The notes beneath the pieces were generated by a model. The model saw only the letters and a program-made list of their open reading frames with translations, searched no databases and was not told the DNA's origin. Shown here in pieces: positions 11,301 through 25,995 of a stretch of 64,000 bases of DNA (positions within the stretch are counted from its first letter, which is position 1; each line of letters begins with the position of its first letter). The DNA is from Glaucostegus cemiculus (taxonomy: Eukaryota), in contig CDPCPM010000114.1 of the NCBI GenBank assembly GCA_976551045.1, forward strand, positions 4,836,001 to 4,900,000. The letters are read 5' to 3'. Made by a program: the position numbers and the translations under genes.

Positions 11301-12449
11301 TATTTTGTGCAGTGTCGTTTAAATTATGTCTGTACTCCTGAAAGCTTGATATTATGAACATGAATGGGTAACTCACAAATCTAGGTAGCCCCTCTGAAAA
11401 ATGGCAATATGCATGATTACATATTGTGACAACATGCAGATACCAGTCATCACGCTCGATACATTATGCACAAATGGAGGTACTGTATATTATTGGTATA
11501 AGAATGCTGATCCCATTTCTCACATACTGTCACTTACAAGATCCTAAGCATCTCAACAGATGTCCCTTCCTCCCTCTGGATCTTTGATGAAATAACTGTA
11601 ACTTGTTATTACTAATGCTTATCCACATAATTGTTGGAAGATCAGTGTAATATTCCTTTCTCCTGGACAATTTCAAGGAACCTCAGACTGCTGTCAGCTC
11701 CAGTAGTATAAAGACTTATTTTAACAAGGGCTTTCTTACCAGTCACCCAGATCAAGAGGAATCATCATGCACTGAGCCAAGAATTCTTGTTAATCCAGTG
11801 TATAATATTTCCAGGAAAAATCATGTTACATGTGAATTTTTAAATACATCTCAATCTCCCTGTTATTGATCCAGTACACCATTCAACATAATTGTCTGGG
11901 AATCCGCAACAGATATTTCTCAATGAATGCAAAGCGTATATCACAGGCACTAACCTTCTTCCATCACCAAACTTCAGATTTATGGAGTTCAGTAGTCAGT
12001 GCCCACATTTACTGTTGTCACATTAAAAAGGACTGACAAAAAGCAAATGGAATGCACAATTTTAAGAAATATCCAATTTAGGTAAATACTAGAACTGAAT
12101 TCCAGGGTACTATCTTAGCTGGGAATCCTGGTGGTCAACTGAACTGCTTCAGCCTGAGCTTGACATTTAACTCCTTCTTCACAGCATTATGTGCAATAAT
12201 ATTTTCAAATATTCTCTTGGCCTTTCCAACTTAAACTACAAATCTTAGGTTTAATCATAGAGACATTATCACTGACCACCTGCCATGAGCAACGCAGTGA
12301 GAGAGCCCCAAATATTTTTGTTTTAATTACTTTGTGATTGTAAGGCAAAACCTAATCATTTTAATCATTTTAAACAAAGCAGTACATATGAGCTGACCTA
12401 ACAGTGGCTTTATTCTGCATAGTTATTCCTCAGCTCTGGAATCCGTTAT

Positions 12450-12730
12450 GTCTTTTCTCATTCTTTCACGATGTCAACCTTAATGAACCAAGTGGCCACT
12501 TACTTTTAAGACAGTAAATGTTGCAATGAGTGTTGGCTGGGTCAATTGACCTTGGCACAGCTGAGTACAACATCATCCCGTATCTGTACCGAATGTACCT
12601 TCTGCTGAGTTGCTGAATAGCTATGAGAAGTGGGATACCTGGTTAATTTACCCCAACCTAACCAAGGGTACAGAGATAAGCGTAATTTAACTCATTTCCG
12701 ATTGGACATCAATTTTGGAATTTTCAGTCC
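12450..12730 (-). mobile_element. AmnSINE2-like SINE fragment
   Basis: Plus-strand ccaagtggccact...tgagtgttggc...gaatagctatgagaagtgggatacctggttaatttacccc is the reverse complement of the same family as 412-680 and 45150-45350. Confidence 0.5.
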
Positions 12731-13413
12731 TCATGACCTAACTGTCAAATGGAAAAAGGTGTGAGCCAACAAGGAAGAATAGTAATTCCCCACCCCTCCC
12801 CACCATTGTGCTAAAAATTAATTTAAAAGCACACTTGTGTATGACTGGCTTCTCATTGTGAAATGCCAGTTTTATGCTATTGTTGGAGCCGGGGAGCTGA
12901 AACAAGATGTTGAAATGCCTAACCATGTTCCCTTGATGGATGTTAGAAATTGTCAGACATCACGGCTTTTAAACTTGCTTTTATGTACTTCAGGATCATT
13001 TTGAATGCATTCTGCAGATGGTCTTCCTAAAAGGTACCTCTGCAGTTAGTGATATTTTTGAAATTCACCTTATGCAGTTCACAGCTTAAAAAATAATTTG
13101 TAATTATCATGCATTATCAGAGCCTGGGGTGACCCTCAAATGGTTGCAAGTTCCGTGATTTGCTCTCAGTGATTGAGGCCCTTTGCAAATTTAAAAAAAA
13201 TTACATGGGATGTGAATGCTGCTGGCATGTCTAGTATTTTAATAGCCATGCCTAATTGCCCTTGTAAAGGTGATCATGAACCACCTTCCTAAACTGCCAA
13301 AGTTCTTTCTTGTGGAGGTAATTCTGCTGCGTTGTTGGATGGAGAGTTCCAGGATTTAGACCCAGGGACAGTGAAGGAATGACGAAACGTCTTGCTAGAA
13401 TGGTGCATGACTT

Positions 13414-14512
13414 AGAGTCACAGAGTGCAGTCCACCTGCCATGTCTGTGTCAACTGTCAAGTAACTACCTATACTAATCCCATTTATCACTATTTGGTCC
13501 ATAGTTTATTCAGCCTTGGTGATCCAAGTGCTCATCTGGATGTTTTGTAAATGCTGTGTGAGTACCTGCCTTCAACACCTTCTCGGGATTATTCTTCAGA
13601 TCTCCTCTAAACCTCTTACTCATCACCTTAAACCTATGTTCTCTGGCCTTAGACACCTCTGCCAGAGGGTAACATTTCTTACTGTCTACCCATTCTATGC
13701 TCTTTAGCCTCTTCTGCTCCAAAGAAAACAAATCCAACCCATCCAGTCTTCTCATAACTGAAAAATTCCATCCCAGACAACATTATGGTGAATTGCCTCT
13801 GCACCATCTACAGGGCAATCATATCCTTCCTATCATACTGTGAGTAATACTGCACATAATATTCCATCTATGGTCTTACTTAATGTTTCATTATTTTGTA
13901 CCATAAGCCCTCTGCTTTTATCTTCTAAACCCTGGCTAATGAAGACAAGTATCCTGTATGTCATCTTCACCATCTCATCTACCTTTACTGCCACCTTCAC
14001 AGATCTTTGGATTTGTACTTGAACACACGTTGATCTTCAATACTCCCAAGGTCCTACCCTTCATGGTATATGTACCACCCTTCCTTGACCACTCCAAATG
14101 TATCACTTCACACTTATCAGGCTTAAGTTCCATCTGCAATTGCTCTGTCCACCTTAACATTCTGTAACCAAAGATGACCTTCCTCACTAGCAACTCTACC
14201 AATTTTCATGACATCTGCAAACTTAATCATATCTCCTATGTTCATATCCACATCAGTAATGTGCTGTATGTAACAGACAGTAAGAGTCCCAGCACTGATC
14301 CCAGTGGTACACCACTGGTTAGAGCCTTCCCATCGCAAAAACAAACTTCCACCATCACTCTCTGCCTCCTAAATACAAGCCAATTTTACATCCAATTTAC
14401 AAATTTACCTTGGATCCAAAGGGCCAGTTTTCTGGACCAGCCTTCCACATGTGAACCTTACAAAGGCCTTTCTAAACTCCACGTAATCCACATCAACCAC
14501 ACTGCCCCCAAC
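13414..14512 (-). mobile_element. CR1 LINE, 3' part of ORF2 plus tail, degenerate
   Basis: ORF-track fragments KFADVMKIG, WTEQLQMELKPDKCEVIHL and LDLFSLEQKRLK...SKAREHRFKVMSKRFRGDLK are CR1 RT and C-terminal motifs, broken by frameshifts. Confidence 0.85.
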
Positions 14513-14642
14513 GCTATATCGAGAGTTGTGAATTGTAGGTGGCAACAAGCCATTGGAGAATCACTTGCCACAAGATACTTGATCACTAAACTGTTTTTGC
14601 AGCCATTTATTTGTGTGGCTGGTTCAGTTAAGTTTATAATTA

Positions 14643-14762
14643 GAGTCAAAGAATCATACAGCATAGAAACAGGCCCTTTGGCCCAACCTGTCCATGCTGA
14701 CTGTGTTGTCCAGTGAGCTAGTCCCATGTTCCTATATCTGGCCCATATCTTCTCCTATCAAT
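14643..14762 (-). mobile_element. CR1 3' tail fragment
   Basis: tcatacagcatagaaacaggccctttggcccaacctgtccatgctgac, the reverse of the CR1 terminus seen at 61780-61830. Confidence 0.7.
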
Positions 14763-15436
14763 GTAGAGATTAATGGAATATTTAATAATGCCAATTTTGG
14801 AATGGCAGGGGGTCGGCTTTCTTTTATTGGAGATGATTATTGACTAGCATTAAGATTTTGCATGACATAAATATTAATTGAAGTTCTCAGTACATGCCTG
14901 CATGTTGTCTTGGTATTGCTACAGATGAGTATAGGGGCTTCTTTTACCAAAGAGCTGGAACCATCAGTGAAAATCCCCTTTCATCTTCCGATGGAAAGAA
15001 AATCATTGATGAAATTGCTGAAGATGCTTGTGCCTAGAAGACTGCTCCAAGGAACTCATACAACATGAAGCAAAGATGATTGATTTTACACAATAACCAT
15101 CTTCCTTTATTTGAGCTATGACTCCAGCCAGTGGAGGATTTTTTTTCTTGACCTAAGTTTCCCCAGGTCTCATTGATGCCACACTCAGTCAAATACTGCC
15201 TGTATGTTAAGGGCAGGCAATCTCACCTCACTCCTGGAATTCAATTCCTTTGTCCCTATTGAGAGCAAAACAAAAATGTCTACAGCTAAGTGGTCCTATC
15301 CAAACTGAGGATTAGTGAACAGGTTTCTGGAGAGTAAATGCTGCTCAAAAACATTGTTGACATCTTCCATCACTTTGTTGATGATGAGTATAAACTGATC
15401 CGGTGGTAATTAACTGTCCCATAGTTAATCACAAGA

Positions 15437-15655
15437 AACATTATGACCACTCTGCTCACTTTGCACTAAAATGGACTTTGGTTTTTTGTTCCAATTATTT
15501 TTTTCTTGTAAAATTGTGTATAATTTATGTTTTTACTGTGAATGTTGCTTATATACTATATGACTATGATGCTGCTGCGAATAAGTTTTTCATTGCACCT
15601 GTGCATACATGTAGTTGTGTAGATCACAATAAACTCAACTTCGACTTTTGACTTT
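15437..15655 (+). mobile_element. Rex1/Babar 3' end, same family as the 36.6-38.7 kb copy
   Basis: aacattatgaccac...tttgcactaaaatggacttt...aataaactcaacttcgacttttgacttt is the reverse complement of about 36560-36776. Confidence 0.8.
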
Positions 15656-16524
15656 GGAAATCAGATCCAAGACCTTTGAATTTCAAAATTCAGGCTTCTG
15701 CATTCCATCATTCAAGTAGCAGTTCCAACTGGGAACCTTTAAATGGGGCAAATGACATGGTATCATCAATTGTATCACTGCATAATATTTATGAATCCAA
15801 TTTATAGATAGGCATCGCTGTAACTTTTAAGTCATGGGCCATGACACTGATAATGCCAATGATAAATGGAGCTCTGGTTTATTCAGTAAAACAAAGGTTA
15901 AAATGTCCAAATCTGAGAGAATGTCATTTATATTGTTTTGTGTTATTTAATGGTCTCTGTGCACATCCTGAGCATATTTTGCTGTTCATCATTCCAGCAA
16001 CTCATTGAACCTCCAAATAGACAGTGTAATCAAAGAAACCACAAATCTATAAAGGCCATCACTGAAAATTATAAGATTTCTTATTTCAGAACAATCATAC
16101 TGCAAGTTGTTCATTCTGAGGTTTCCCTTGAGGAAAACAACATCATACTGAAAAGAAGCTTGATGCTTGTCACTTTCTGCCTACTTTCATTTTTTTTGTC
16201 AGCTGATAAATCAAAAGTGACAGTAAAAGAGCCTCAATGGCATATTATCGTGCATAACCATTACTCTTTAATGTTGTGCTGGAAGCATATATAATGTTGT
16301 GCTGGTGATGAGCTTAATGTTAGAGACAGAATGAATAATGTTCAGCAATGAGGATTATGTAGCATTACCCTATATTTTGTCCATGCAGGGAAAATATATA
16401 GGGATGCAGCTTCTGCATAATACTTGATATCAATTTCTATTATTAGTTATAACTGATCTCATGTTTTAATTCATTGATTTCAAAAACATATGGTATTTAG
16501 TCAATCAAATCTTGATACAATCAG

Positions 16525-16850
16525 GTCCAGCAGCTTGGGTTTGATCCTGACCTTGGATGCTGTCTGTGTGGAGTTTGTACATTCTCACTGTAACTGCCTG
16601 GTTTTCCCCCAAATGCTCTGGTTTCCTCCTACATCCCAAAGACATGATAGCAAGCAGGTTAATCAGCTGCTATAAATTACCCCTAGAGTAAGGGTAGGAG
16701 AGTGGAGGGGGGATGGGTAGATGGGGAGCTGATGACTATGTGAGAGCAAATAGGTTGCAGGGAAATGTGCAGAGGAATAGAACTGATGGGAATGCTGTCA
16801 AAACCAGCATGGACTTGATGGGGCAAATGGCTTCGTCCTCCATCAAATAT
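16525..16850 (+). mobile_element. Older V-SINE copy
   Basis: B-box-like gggtttgatcct, V-domain-like ggttttcccccaaatgctctggtttcctcctacatcccaaagac, and CR1-like tail agcatggacttgatggggcaaatgg. Confidence 0.7.
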
Positions 16851-17039
16851 GAAAAATTGCTGTTTTGTTTTACATCAGTTCCCTTGCTTTCTTCCTCAGA
16901 CAAATATTGAAAGTACTATAGACTCAAGGTATATTGATCTGTTTCTTGTAAGGTTTTAAACCTTCAAGACTGTAGCTTTGAAAGCTTTAGTACTCTGAGG
17001 AATTTGACTGTTCTTCCAAAAGCCAGTCAAAGCGATTGC

Positions 17040-17300
17040 TCTGCTTCCTGTTCACATCACTGAACTCTCCCAAGAGAATGCAAATTCTCATTCAATTCAA
17101 TTTGATACTCCCCCACCCCCCCAACCAACATTCTCAACAACAACCATGTCAACATATCATCCCTCAAGACATATTCCAATTCGACAATAAACACGTTCCT
17201 CACTTCATCAAGACCATGCTGTACAGTGGGCTTGCCCATTAAATGAGGAAAAGTAAATGACAATGCTACTGATTCTGACCTCCTACCTTTCATACATAAA
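17040..17300 (+). mobile_element. Possible RTE LINE C-terminal fragment
   Basis: IKTMLYSGLAH resembles the RTE PKQLLYSEL.HG motif. Highly degraded. Confidence 0.35.
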
Positions 17301-19269
17301 AAATACTCAAAATTCAATTCAAGAGAAAACTTATCTCTGCTATTTGCCCTATCACCCTAATACGCACACACTATTTTGATGATCATTGTGATTCCAAAGG
17401 TTTGATCAGTGGGGAAGATAGTCATAATGAATATGGTCTTTTAACAACACATAACTGAATAAAGTAAATGGTGGCAAAACAGAATCAGACCACGTCCAAA
17501 CTATTAGTGTACACCTGCAGAGCTGTAAGTAACACTTTTAAAAAAGTGCTTTCCATTTTATTCCTTATTTGCTTTGTGATGAAGGTAACTGATCAAGGCC
17601 CTGGCTACCTGCAGCTCCCAGTAATTTATTCACTCCACGTTGCAATTAGCAGGTTACATGCAGCTGTACATATGCCTCTCATATTGTCAGAATTGCTGAT
17701 GATGTTGCTTTTTTTTACAAATAACATATTAACACTGTCCATCTTGAAGAAAGCTTTTATTACAATTAAAACTGCAATTTTCTCACATATTATTGTTGTG
17801 ACATTAAAGTACATTTAATTCTGTCAATGACTTCTGCAAGTATCTGCAGCAAATTTATAGTCTGCTTATATCCTCCTCTGGCTTGGTAAAATGGAAATTG
17901 TACAATCATGTCAATCAAAAGCATTGACATAAATGTGCTCAGAGCTGTCACTTGGTGCAAAATGAAAAAAAAATTATCTATTCTCCAGAACTGTCACTTC
18001 ACACTCTGAGATGAATACAGGAGAGAAAAAAAATCGAATCCATCCATTCTGTCTACCACAGCAGGTCTGTACTACCACTTGGTGCTGGTAACTGGATATT
18101 GACAGGAGAGCTAGTCCAATATTTGTTCACCTCTTAGTACCTGCCATTCATTTCACACTGGTTACATGTCATTGGATTCACAATTTTGGGCTGAAGCTTC
18201 AACAATAATAACAGGACATTTTTTTTGTGCCAAATGCAGGAATGGCATAAAATCACAACAAATTTTATCATCTGAATGACTGCAGTAGGTATCAACAATA
18301 TTGATCATTTTAAGCAAAGAGTGTTTCTTTTGTAAATCCTCAGATTGAGGACTAATCAGAAACAACAATTTTCAAAGATTTCTATAAATGGCTTCTTGTA
18401 GGAATCTGCAACTTGGTTTACCTGGTGACATCCTTGGATGATTGATCACATTACTCCTAACATTGGGATTCTTTGAATAATGTGCCTTCTGATCAACAAC
18501 AACATTGTTTGTACAATCATAAAAAAATGCATTGCAGCATGATCTGTTCCTCACAGTATATAACTGAAGTATTGTTTAACATACTGTTACAGAAACCAAG
18601 CTGGAAGATTTTCCAAATGAACACAAGGAAGTATCTAGGTTCCTGATCAGTTGTCAGTACATTTTCTTCTGACCTTTGGGAGTTAGGTACTTAAGCCTGA
18701 ATTAATGGATTCTTTCCTCTCTCATCACATCATGGGTCTATTGCACAGAACTGTCTAGAAGTCAACAGTAATTGGCACTCTTTGCAAGATGTGACAATGG
18801 TGCAGTGGAAGACATACATCTGAGGTTGGGGTTAAGTGCAGCACCAGGAGCAGTAAATATAACATAATAACTAGTTTTTTCCCCTCATTTTATAACATAC
18901 TTTTTCTTTTTTTTATTTCACCACTCCCTAATTGTTTATGTTTTCAATCAGAGAAATAATGGATATTTCCTAACAAGGCAGTCTGCCCCATCATATGGTA
19001 TGGAACTTCATGACTTTTTTTGAAAATACATACCAATATATAACACTTAGTATGATGCTTCATGTTGACTAGGCACTTTTTTTTACATTTTTATACTTGA
19101 ACAGAGGTTGTTATTACACAAAAGTATATGTCAATTACAAATATGTTGCATTGCCTGATACCATTTTGCTTTAGTTCAATGAGAGCAATGTTTACTGATT
19201 TATCCAAAACTCAAATAGTTTACCATGCTTAGCCAATATTATCCCGTCAGAAGTCAAAACCACCTTTCG

Positions 19270-20085
19270 TGTTGTTAGGTGAATGGGTGAGGAGATAACA
19301 GTTGGAATATAATGTGGAAAAAAATCTGAAGTCATCAACTTTAGCCGAAAAAATAGAAAAGCAGAGTTTATTAAAAAAATTGGTGGGAGATTAAAAAACA
19401 TTGGTGTTGGAGGGACCTGTGCTTCCTTCTGTGTGAGTCAATGTAAATTAATGTACAGCATTCAATAAGGAAGGCAAATGATATGTTGGCCTATGCTGCA
19501 AGAGCATTTCAGTGCAAGCATAAGGATGTCTTACTGCAATTATATAGGGCCCAGGTGGGACTGCACCTAGACTATTATATGTAGGTTTGGTCTCCCTAGC
19601 CAAGGAAGAAAACACTTGCTTTCGAGGTGGGGTTGATTTCTGGGGCGGGAACTTTGTCCTTTTTGGAGAAATTACATTGACAGGGCCTATATTCTCAATA
19701 AGGAAAATGTGACCTCAGTGAAACATATAATATATGCATGAGTCTTGATAGAGTAGACATAGAGACAATATTTTACTTGGCTGGTTTATCTAGAACCAGG
19801 GATTACAGTCACAAACTAAAGGGTTGACCATTCAATACTGAGTTAAGAAATATCTTCATCCAAGAATTGGGGAACCTTTGGAATTCTTGATCCTTGCAAG
19901 GTTCTGGTTGTTCAATCACTGAGCATATTCAAGACAGAAATTGATAGATTTTTGAGCATTAAGAGAAACAAGGGATATGGGGTTTGCGCAGGCCAGTGGT
20001 GCTAAGGTAAAAATTCAGCCATGATAATTTGAATGATGGATTCGACAAGAACAGCCAAAAGGCCTCCTTCTGCTTCTACTTCTTT
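19270..20085 (+). mobile_element. CR1 LINE 3' fragment
   Basis: Degenerate RLGEW..YNVEK, KANDMLA, DVLLQLYRAQVGLHLDY..VWSP and SRTRDYS motifs, then a CR1-like tail. Confidence 0.8.
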
Positions 20086-23000
20086 CCTTAAGCTCAATAT
20101 ATTTTTGTTGATGAGTATTTACGTGATCAAGCAAAACAATTCTCCTAAGGAGTGATGCTCCCCTTTTAAGGATGATCCGAAAGCAAGATTCAATATGTTA
20201 CAAAATTCATCCAACCTGCAAGAAGAAAGTCATAGATCTATATTTATCTTTCATGGCAGGAAGGAACACTCAGAGTCTTAGCACAATCTTCAACATGATG
20301 AGCCTTAGAGTGTGAGTCTACTAAACTTAATACAGTTCATGTTGGACAACACTGACTTGATGCAAGCTCACAAGTCTGAAATTCAGGCCTGACCTACAGT
20401 CAAGGCAGTGGGAGACTCACACCACAATCATTGCATCTACCTTGTTAATCGGCTGTCTGTCATGAAAAAAAATAAAATTGACATGGGAAAGTGAATTTTA
20501 GTTGGCGCTGTCAGAAATTGCTTTCAAAAGGCCAAGTATGTGTGGCACTATAAATCTTGAGTAATATCATTGCTTAATCAGCACATAACAATATTCCTCC
20601 CCTTTAAATTTTTATCCTGTGAAGCCCAGACTTTATGTGGAGTGAATGGGTCGTGCTTTAACAAACTGAGATCATCCTTCTGCTAAAAAAAAATTATTAC
20701 ATGTTTTTCATGAGATGAACATCCTATTAATCCTTGATCAGTCATGTACCAGAGGAATAGGTTCACATGATTCCTGTTGTCTTACAGAAAAATTAGATAA
20801 CCTGAATTCAACCTCATGTATAGCTATTCAGGAGGCTCATAATTAGAATTTATATAGCATTTTGCATAAAACTGTACTGCAGAATAGAAATGAATTTCAT
20901 TTAAAGTCACCTAGATACAAAAATATATATTGTCAAGAGATCAACCTCCTTGATTTTATGTCTTGTTTCAAACCAAGCGGTAGTTTTATACATTCTCTTT
21001 CCAGGGCATGGTTTAAAGGATATTTTGAAGCAAAAGAAATATAGTACGTGTTTACATATAACTTGTCCCTGAAATTGTTTTAACGATTCTTCTAGGTTAT
21101 ATAATGATAGGAAGCTTCATTTGTACATTTATACACAGTAAGAAGATTATTTATACAGAGATCAATGTTTAAATATATCTTTTGAAGCCAAGGATTAAAT
21201 ATTCCTTTGCTCTGCAGCACAGTTCCTATTTATTATTCCAAGAATTCATCAATCCTCAAACTATATTAACTCCAAAGGGGATACATAACTTTCTAGCCTA
21301 GAAGTTGATTTTCTCCAGTACATGGATGCAGGTCAATTGGATTTGATCTGTAAATTTTTAGGAAAATTTGAGACATTTCCTCTATTATGCATAAGAAGAT
21401 AAACAATCTTCAGGACTCACAATGCCAAACCTCCACACCCTTCCAGTTCCCTTAACAATTGGGAACACATTTACAGGAGGTCAAGGCCAAATGTTCTTCT
21501 CTTCTGAAGTTGCTGACTAATCCTAGAATATTTATTGTTCTTTTATGATTGTGTCAAGAAAGAATAGCTTACATATCTTAGATTCCCTTAAAAATTTCCT
21601 CTGGCTTAATAGGCAAATTTTACGCAATGACTGATGAATATTGTTCAAATATTATAGTTATTTTTCACCCAAACATCATTCCACTGACCATAAACTCAGA
21701 TCATGAGGTCCCAAACAACAACTGACTCTGCCAGATATGATAGCTTAACCATAATTTGTCAAGATGTTCACATGAGCATATAGATCCAGTGAGGATTATG
21801 GCTAAGAACCCTATTTTCTTCTCCCTTCCATGTTTTTATGAATGCTGACAACAAACCTTTTTATAATTACCTCTTACTATCATCACAAAAATGAATCTGT
21901 TTTGCAAAGGTAACAGATTAAATGAAGGAACCTTCCACATCGATGCAACTGATCAAATTTCATTTATATGCATTCCAGGACAAAAGCACAGTAAATTTGT
22001 CCACAACATCCCCAGGAAATCCTGGTTGTCTCCCAAAGCACATTAAGTGACATAGCCACAAATGATAATCAACATAAATGAGAGACCTTAAGTTCAACTG
22101 GTAACTAAATACTTCCTCATAAGCACACAAATGTATTTTGACGACTAACAGGAAAGGTTTAATGATTTCAACATTGTTGGTACATTGGGGAGCCAACTAT
22201 CTCATCAGGGCAAGCTGGACAATGCTCATTTTGAGAAGTTGTTAATATTTAATAAGTATTTTTAAAATAGCTCACTAGCAGCATCTGCTGGTAGAAATCA
22301 AGTACTAGAACAGTGGGAAAGACCTGTGACTGTTAATAATCTCTTGCCTCCTGAGACAAAACCATGCTCAGAAGGAACATGGTCAGAAATAGGAGTGCAA
22401 CATTATGGCACCAAATCTCTGACATCTGCAGCTCTGCATGAGAATTGCCTAATGTAGAAATGCCCCTTTATCGCAAGCTCTGAACTAACAAGTTAAAACA
22501 ATTTCAAAACTTAGCTCTTATAGTCACGAGTTCATAATTGTTCTATGGTAAAGTGGAAGCCATTGGAGGCAGTTTACAAACATTCACCACAGGGATTTCT
22601 TTCTATTTGCAGCAGGACTGAAAATGATTGATTCCTTAACTGGGAACTGTCGTGGTCTTTCAGTCAATTAAGATACAGGAACTTCAAACTCATGTCAGCA
22701 CATTCTCCTTGACAAATGAATAATAATCCAAATTTAATTATTTTGATTCCATCTTCTCAAAACCAGTTTTAAAATTGACTGTATTCCAGTGGGGACTGAT
22801 GTAAGCAATCACTGTTAGCCTCCAGCTCTGTGGTAAATTATGCTAACCCTTTGATGATTTTAACCAACTCCCACAATGTCTTTCAGCTGTGCTTTTGAGA
22901 TTAGGCATTTCTTTTTCCCCAAAGAGCAGAGCATCCACAGAATAATCTCAGCAAAAAATAAAAATGATGGTGTGTTGAAGAAATATCCATTTGGGAAAGG

Positions 23001-24289
23001 AGTCAATGGTTTTGGCATCAATATGCACCTATCATTACCAATCCAGTCTCAGTTCAAGATGGTAAGATTGGGTAAGTAAGACAGGGGCGATTGGGAAAAG
23101 CAAAGGTCAAGGATGATTGTGAGAGTTTGGGAAGAAGTTAAGGAAAAATCGTGGAAATATTCACTCAACAAATAATGATGTTTCAGAAATCTAAGTATCA
23201 GTGCAATAGATGATTCCATAGCTTTCAGTGGACTGTTGGAGGAGAAAATTGATTGGCCTACTCATATTGACTAGACTTTCTCATATTCATAGTTTACTTT
23301 CACTTCATTCTCTCTCAAGTTTCCTTCAAGTTGTTATACAATGTATGGCTGCTTACTGGAGTAGTGGTGAATATTAATTGCCATGCTGCTTAAAGTGCCA
23401 CTTTGGTTCAAGATGTACTATAAGCCTCCAGCTTCAGGCACCACAGTTCCAGAGTTAATGTTACTTTAGAAATTTCACTTGTGGAAAACAACTGATTAAA
23501 TTTCAGTCATGGTAAGAACTAATTTGTTGGTGAAGATGGAGGATTTCCCTGGGACTGTCAATGTCGAGATGGTATGTTTCAAGAAAGAGCAAATTTTTCA
23601 CTTCAATATTCTCCCTTCTCCTCTTCTTTCGGAGGTATTGTCCTAGAGTTTATTATAATCACAATGGCCAGGACTATCAGTATGATTAGGTAAATCTGAT
23701 GGCAGCTACTGGTATCTGAACATGCTGTGTTAAATGTTGAGATCCTCAAGTTGTTCTCAGAGGTGTCCTACTTTTTCCACAGGGTTGAATATTATCCACA
23801 CGATAGGCTTGGTATTGAAGTTGTTACAACTGCACAGATTTGGAATGAGTTGAATAACCTCTCTGGACCTGAAATATACATTCCAGTGATGGAAATTATT
23901 GCTGGAGATTGTTCAGAAAATAGAGGGTTTTTTTCAGTGTTTCTGTCCATCTCTTTCATTTCTCTCCCTTAATCCTGTCTGTATTTCCAAACCTTTATTT
24001 CATTTTATCCACATCAATCAAATCTCATTTACCTTTTCTACTTAATACTCCCCAGTTTGTTGTCTGAGTATCTCCTTGAGGATTATTCACTTTGTGTTAC
24101 TAACAGAAACTATAAGTTCCATTTTGACATTAACTCCACCACAAAATGTGTTATCCAAATGCTTGGTCAAGTCTAACTTTTTTACAGTGAATTTTCAGAG
24201 AAGTAGCAGCACTCTCATCCCAAAAACAAGGATGCAATTTTTACACTGTATGATTTGAAACCATCAGATGCAAGCATGTGACCCAGAAA

Positions 24290-25995
24290 TTCTTACCCTC
24301 AACAACTTCACTTCTGATACCTCTCACTTTCTACAAAAGTATAGCCATGGCACTCATATGGGCCCAAGCTACACCTATTTTTTTTGTTGGCTATGTGGGA
24401 CAGTCCTTGTTCTAAACCTGCTCTGGCACCACTCCCCAACTCTCTCTCTGCTGCATTAATTATTTATCAACTTTGCTCCTAACTTCTACCCCACTCTCAA
24501 ATTCATGGACCATTTCTGACACTCTCTCCCTTTTCTGGATCTCTTTGTCACCATCTCAGGAGACTAACCACTTACTGGTATTTACTGTCAACCTACTGAC
24601 TCGCACAGCTACCTCAATAATACCTCCTCCCACCCTACTTTAGTAAGAGCGCCTTTTTGCTCAGTTTCTCTGTCTCTACTGCATCTATTTTCAAGATGAG
24701 GATTTTCACTCCAGGACATTCAAAATATCCTCCTTTACAGGATACATGTCTTCTCCTCTACTGTGGTTGATGGAACCCCACATTTCCTCCATTTCCTACA
24801 CTTCTGCTCTCACTCTCCCTCCCACCAGACAGAACAGAGATAGGGTCCTCTTGATTCTCACTTTTAACCCTACCAGCCTCCACATCCAGCACACCATCCT
24901 TTGTCATTTCCACCAGCTGCAACAGGATCCCATCACCAGTCTAATCTTCCCCTCCCTACCCCCTTTCTACAGGGATCACGCCCTCTGTGACTCCTTGGTT
25001 CATTCATCCCTCTCCACACACCTGTCCCTGACCCCTGGCACTATCCTCTGTAACCGTAGGAGGGGCAACACCTGGCCCTGCACCTCCTCCCAAACCACCA
25101 TCCAGGGACTTGAACAGTCAGGCAAAGATTCACATGCACCTCCTCCAACCTCATCTACGACATTTGGTGCTCTTGATGTGGCCTTCTCTACATCGGTGAG
25201 ACCAAGCATAGGCAAAGTGATTGTTGAGCAGAGCACCTGCTTTCTGTCCGCAATGGCTATCCTTCCATGCTATTTCAATTCCCCTTCCCATTCCCACACA
25301 TACTTGCCTGTCCTTGGCCTTATCCATTGTCAGGGAGAGACCAAGTATAAACAAGAATATTCTGCTTGGGAAGTCAACAACCCAATGGCATGAATATTGA
25401 ATTTTCTAATTTCTGGTAACCCACAGTCCCTCTGCTCCATTCTCCCTCTTTCTGATTCACCCCCATTTTCCTACTACCACCTCCCCTCCTCAATATTATT
25501 CATTCTTGTTCCACTACCCCACTGGGTTACATCTGTCCATCACTGACACACTTAACCTATTGGGTCTCTTATCCACTACTCCAATTGATTCTGTCTGCCC
25601 TCATCCCTCTCTTATCTGGCTCCACTTGTCACCTTCCTTACTCATCAGATTCCAGCATCTGCAGTCTCCATTTATCACCTTCCAGCCTCATTCTCTACCT
25701 TCACCCTCCCCTTCCCCCACCTGGCTCTATCTGCCCAGTTTTCCTTCTCTTTATCTACTTCTGTCTATTATCCACCAGCTGTCTTCTCCCAACTCCCTCA
25801 CCTGGCCTAATCTACCCATCATCCCTCTCCTCATGTGGTTCCACCTGTCACCTGCCAGCCTCTAACCTCACCATCTCCACTGCCTATCTCCTGCATCTCC
25901 CTTTGCTTCCACAGATGATGCCTGACCCACTGAGTTCCTCCAACAGTTTGCTTTTTGCTCCAGATTTCAGCGTTATACAGTCTTTTGTGTCTTGT
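24290..25995 (+). mobile_element. Penelope-like element (RT plus GIY-YIG endonuclease), degenerate
   Basis: LTLNNFTSDTSHFLQ..(A)MGTHMGPSY (PLE RT) at about 24290-24375 and RFTCTSSNLIYDIWCS*CGLLYIGETKHR (GIY-YIG) at about 25125-25212, then a pyrimidine-rich 3' region and pLTR end. Confidence 0.85.

Larger units (their letters stand above)
13200..15410 (-). mobile_element. Old CR1/L2-group LINE (RT to 3' end) split into three pieces by later insertions
   Basis: Minus-strand translation near 15170-15410 gives, with stops and frameshifts, NYHRISL..NKVMED..EQHLLSRNLFTNPQFG..TKELNSRSEVRLPALNIQAVFD*VWHQ (RT N-terminal motifs). Pieces are about 13200-13410, 14520-14640 and 14770-15410. Confidence 0.65.

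Noticed and set aside
14174-14716. 180-aa plus-strand ORF
   Set aside because: It is the antisense reading across nested CR1/LINE fragments.
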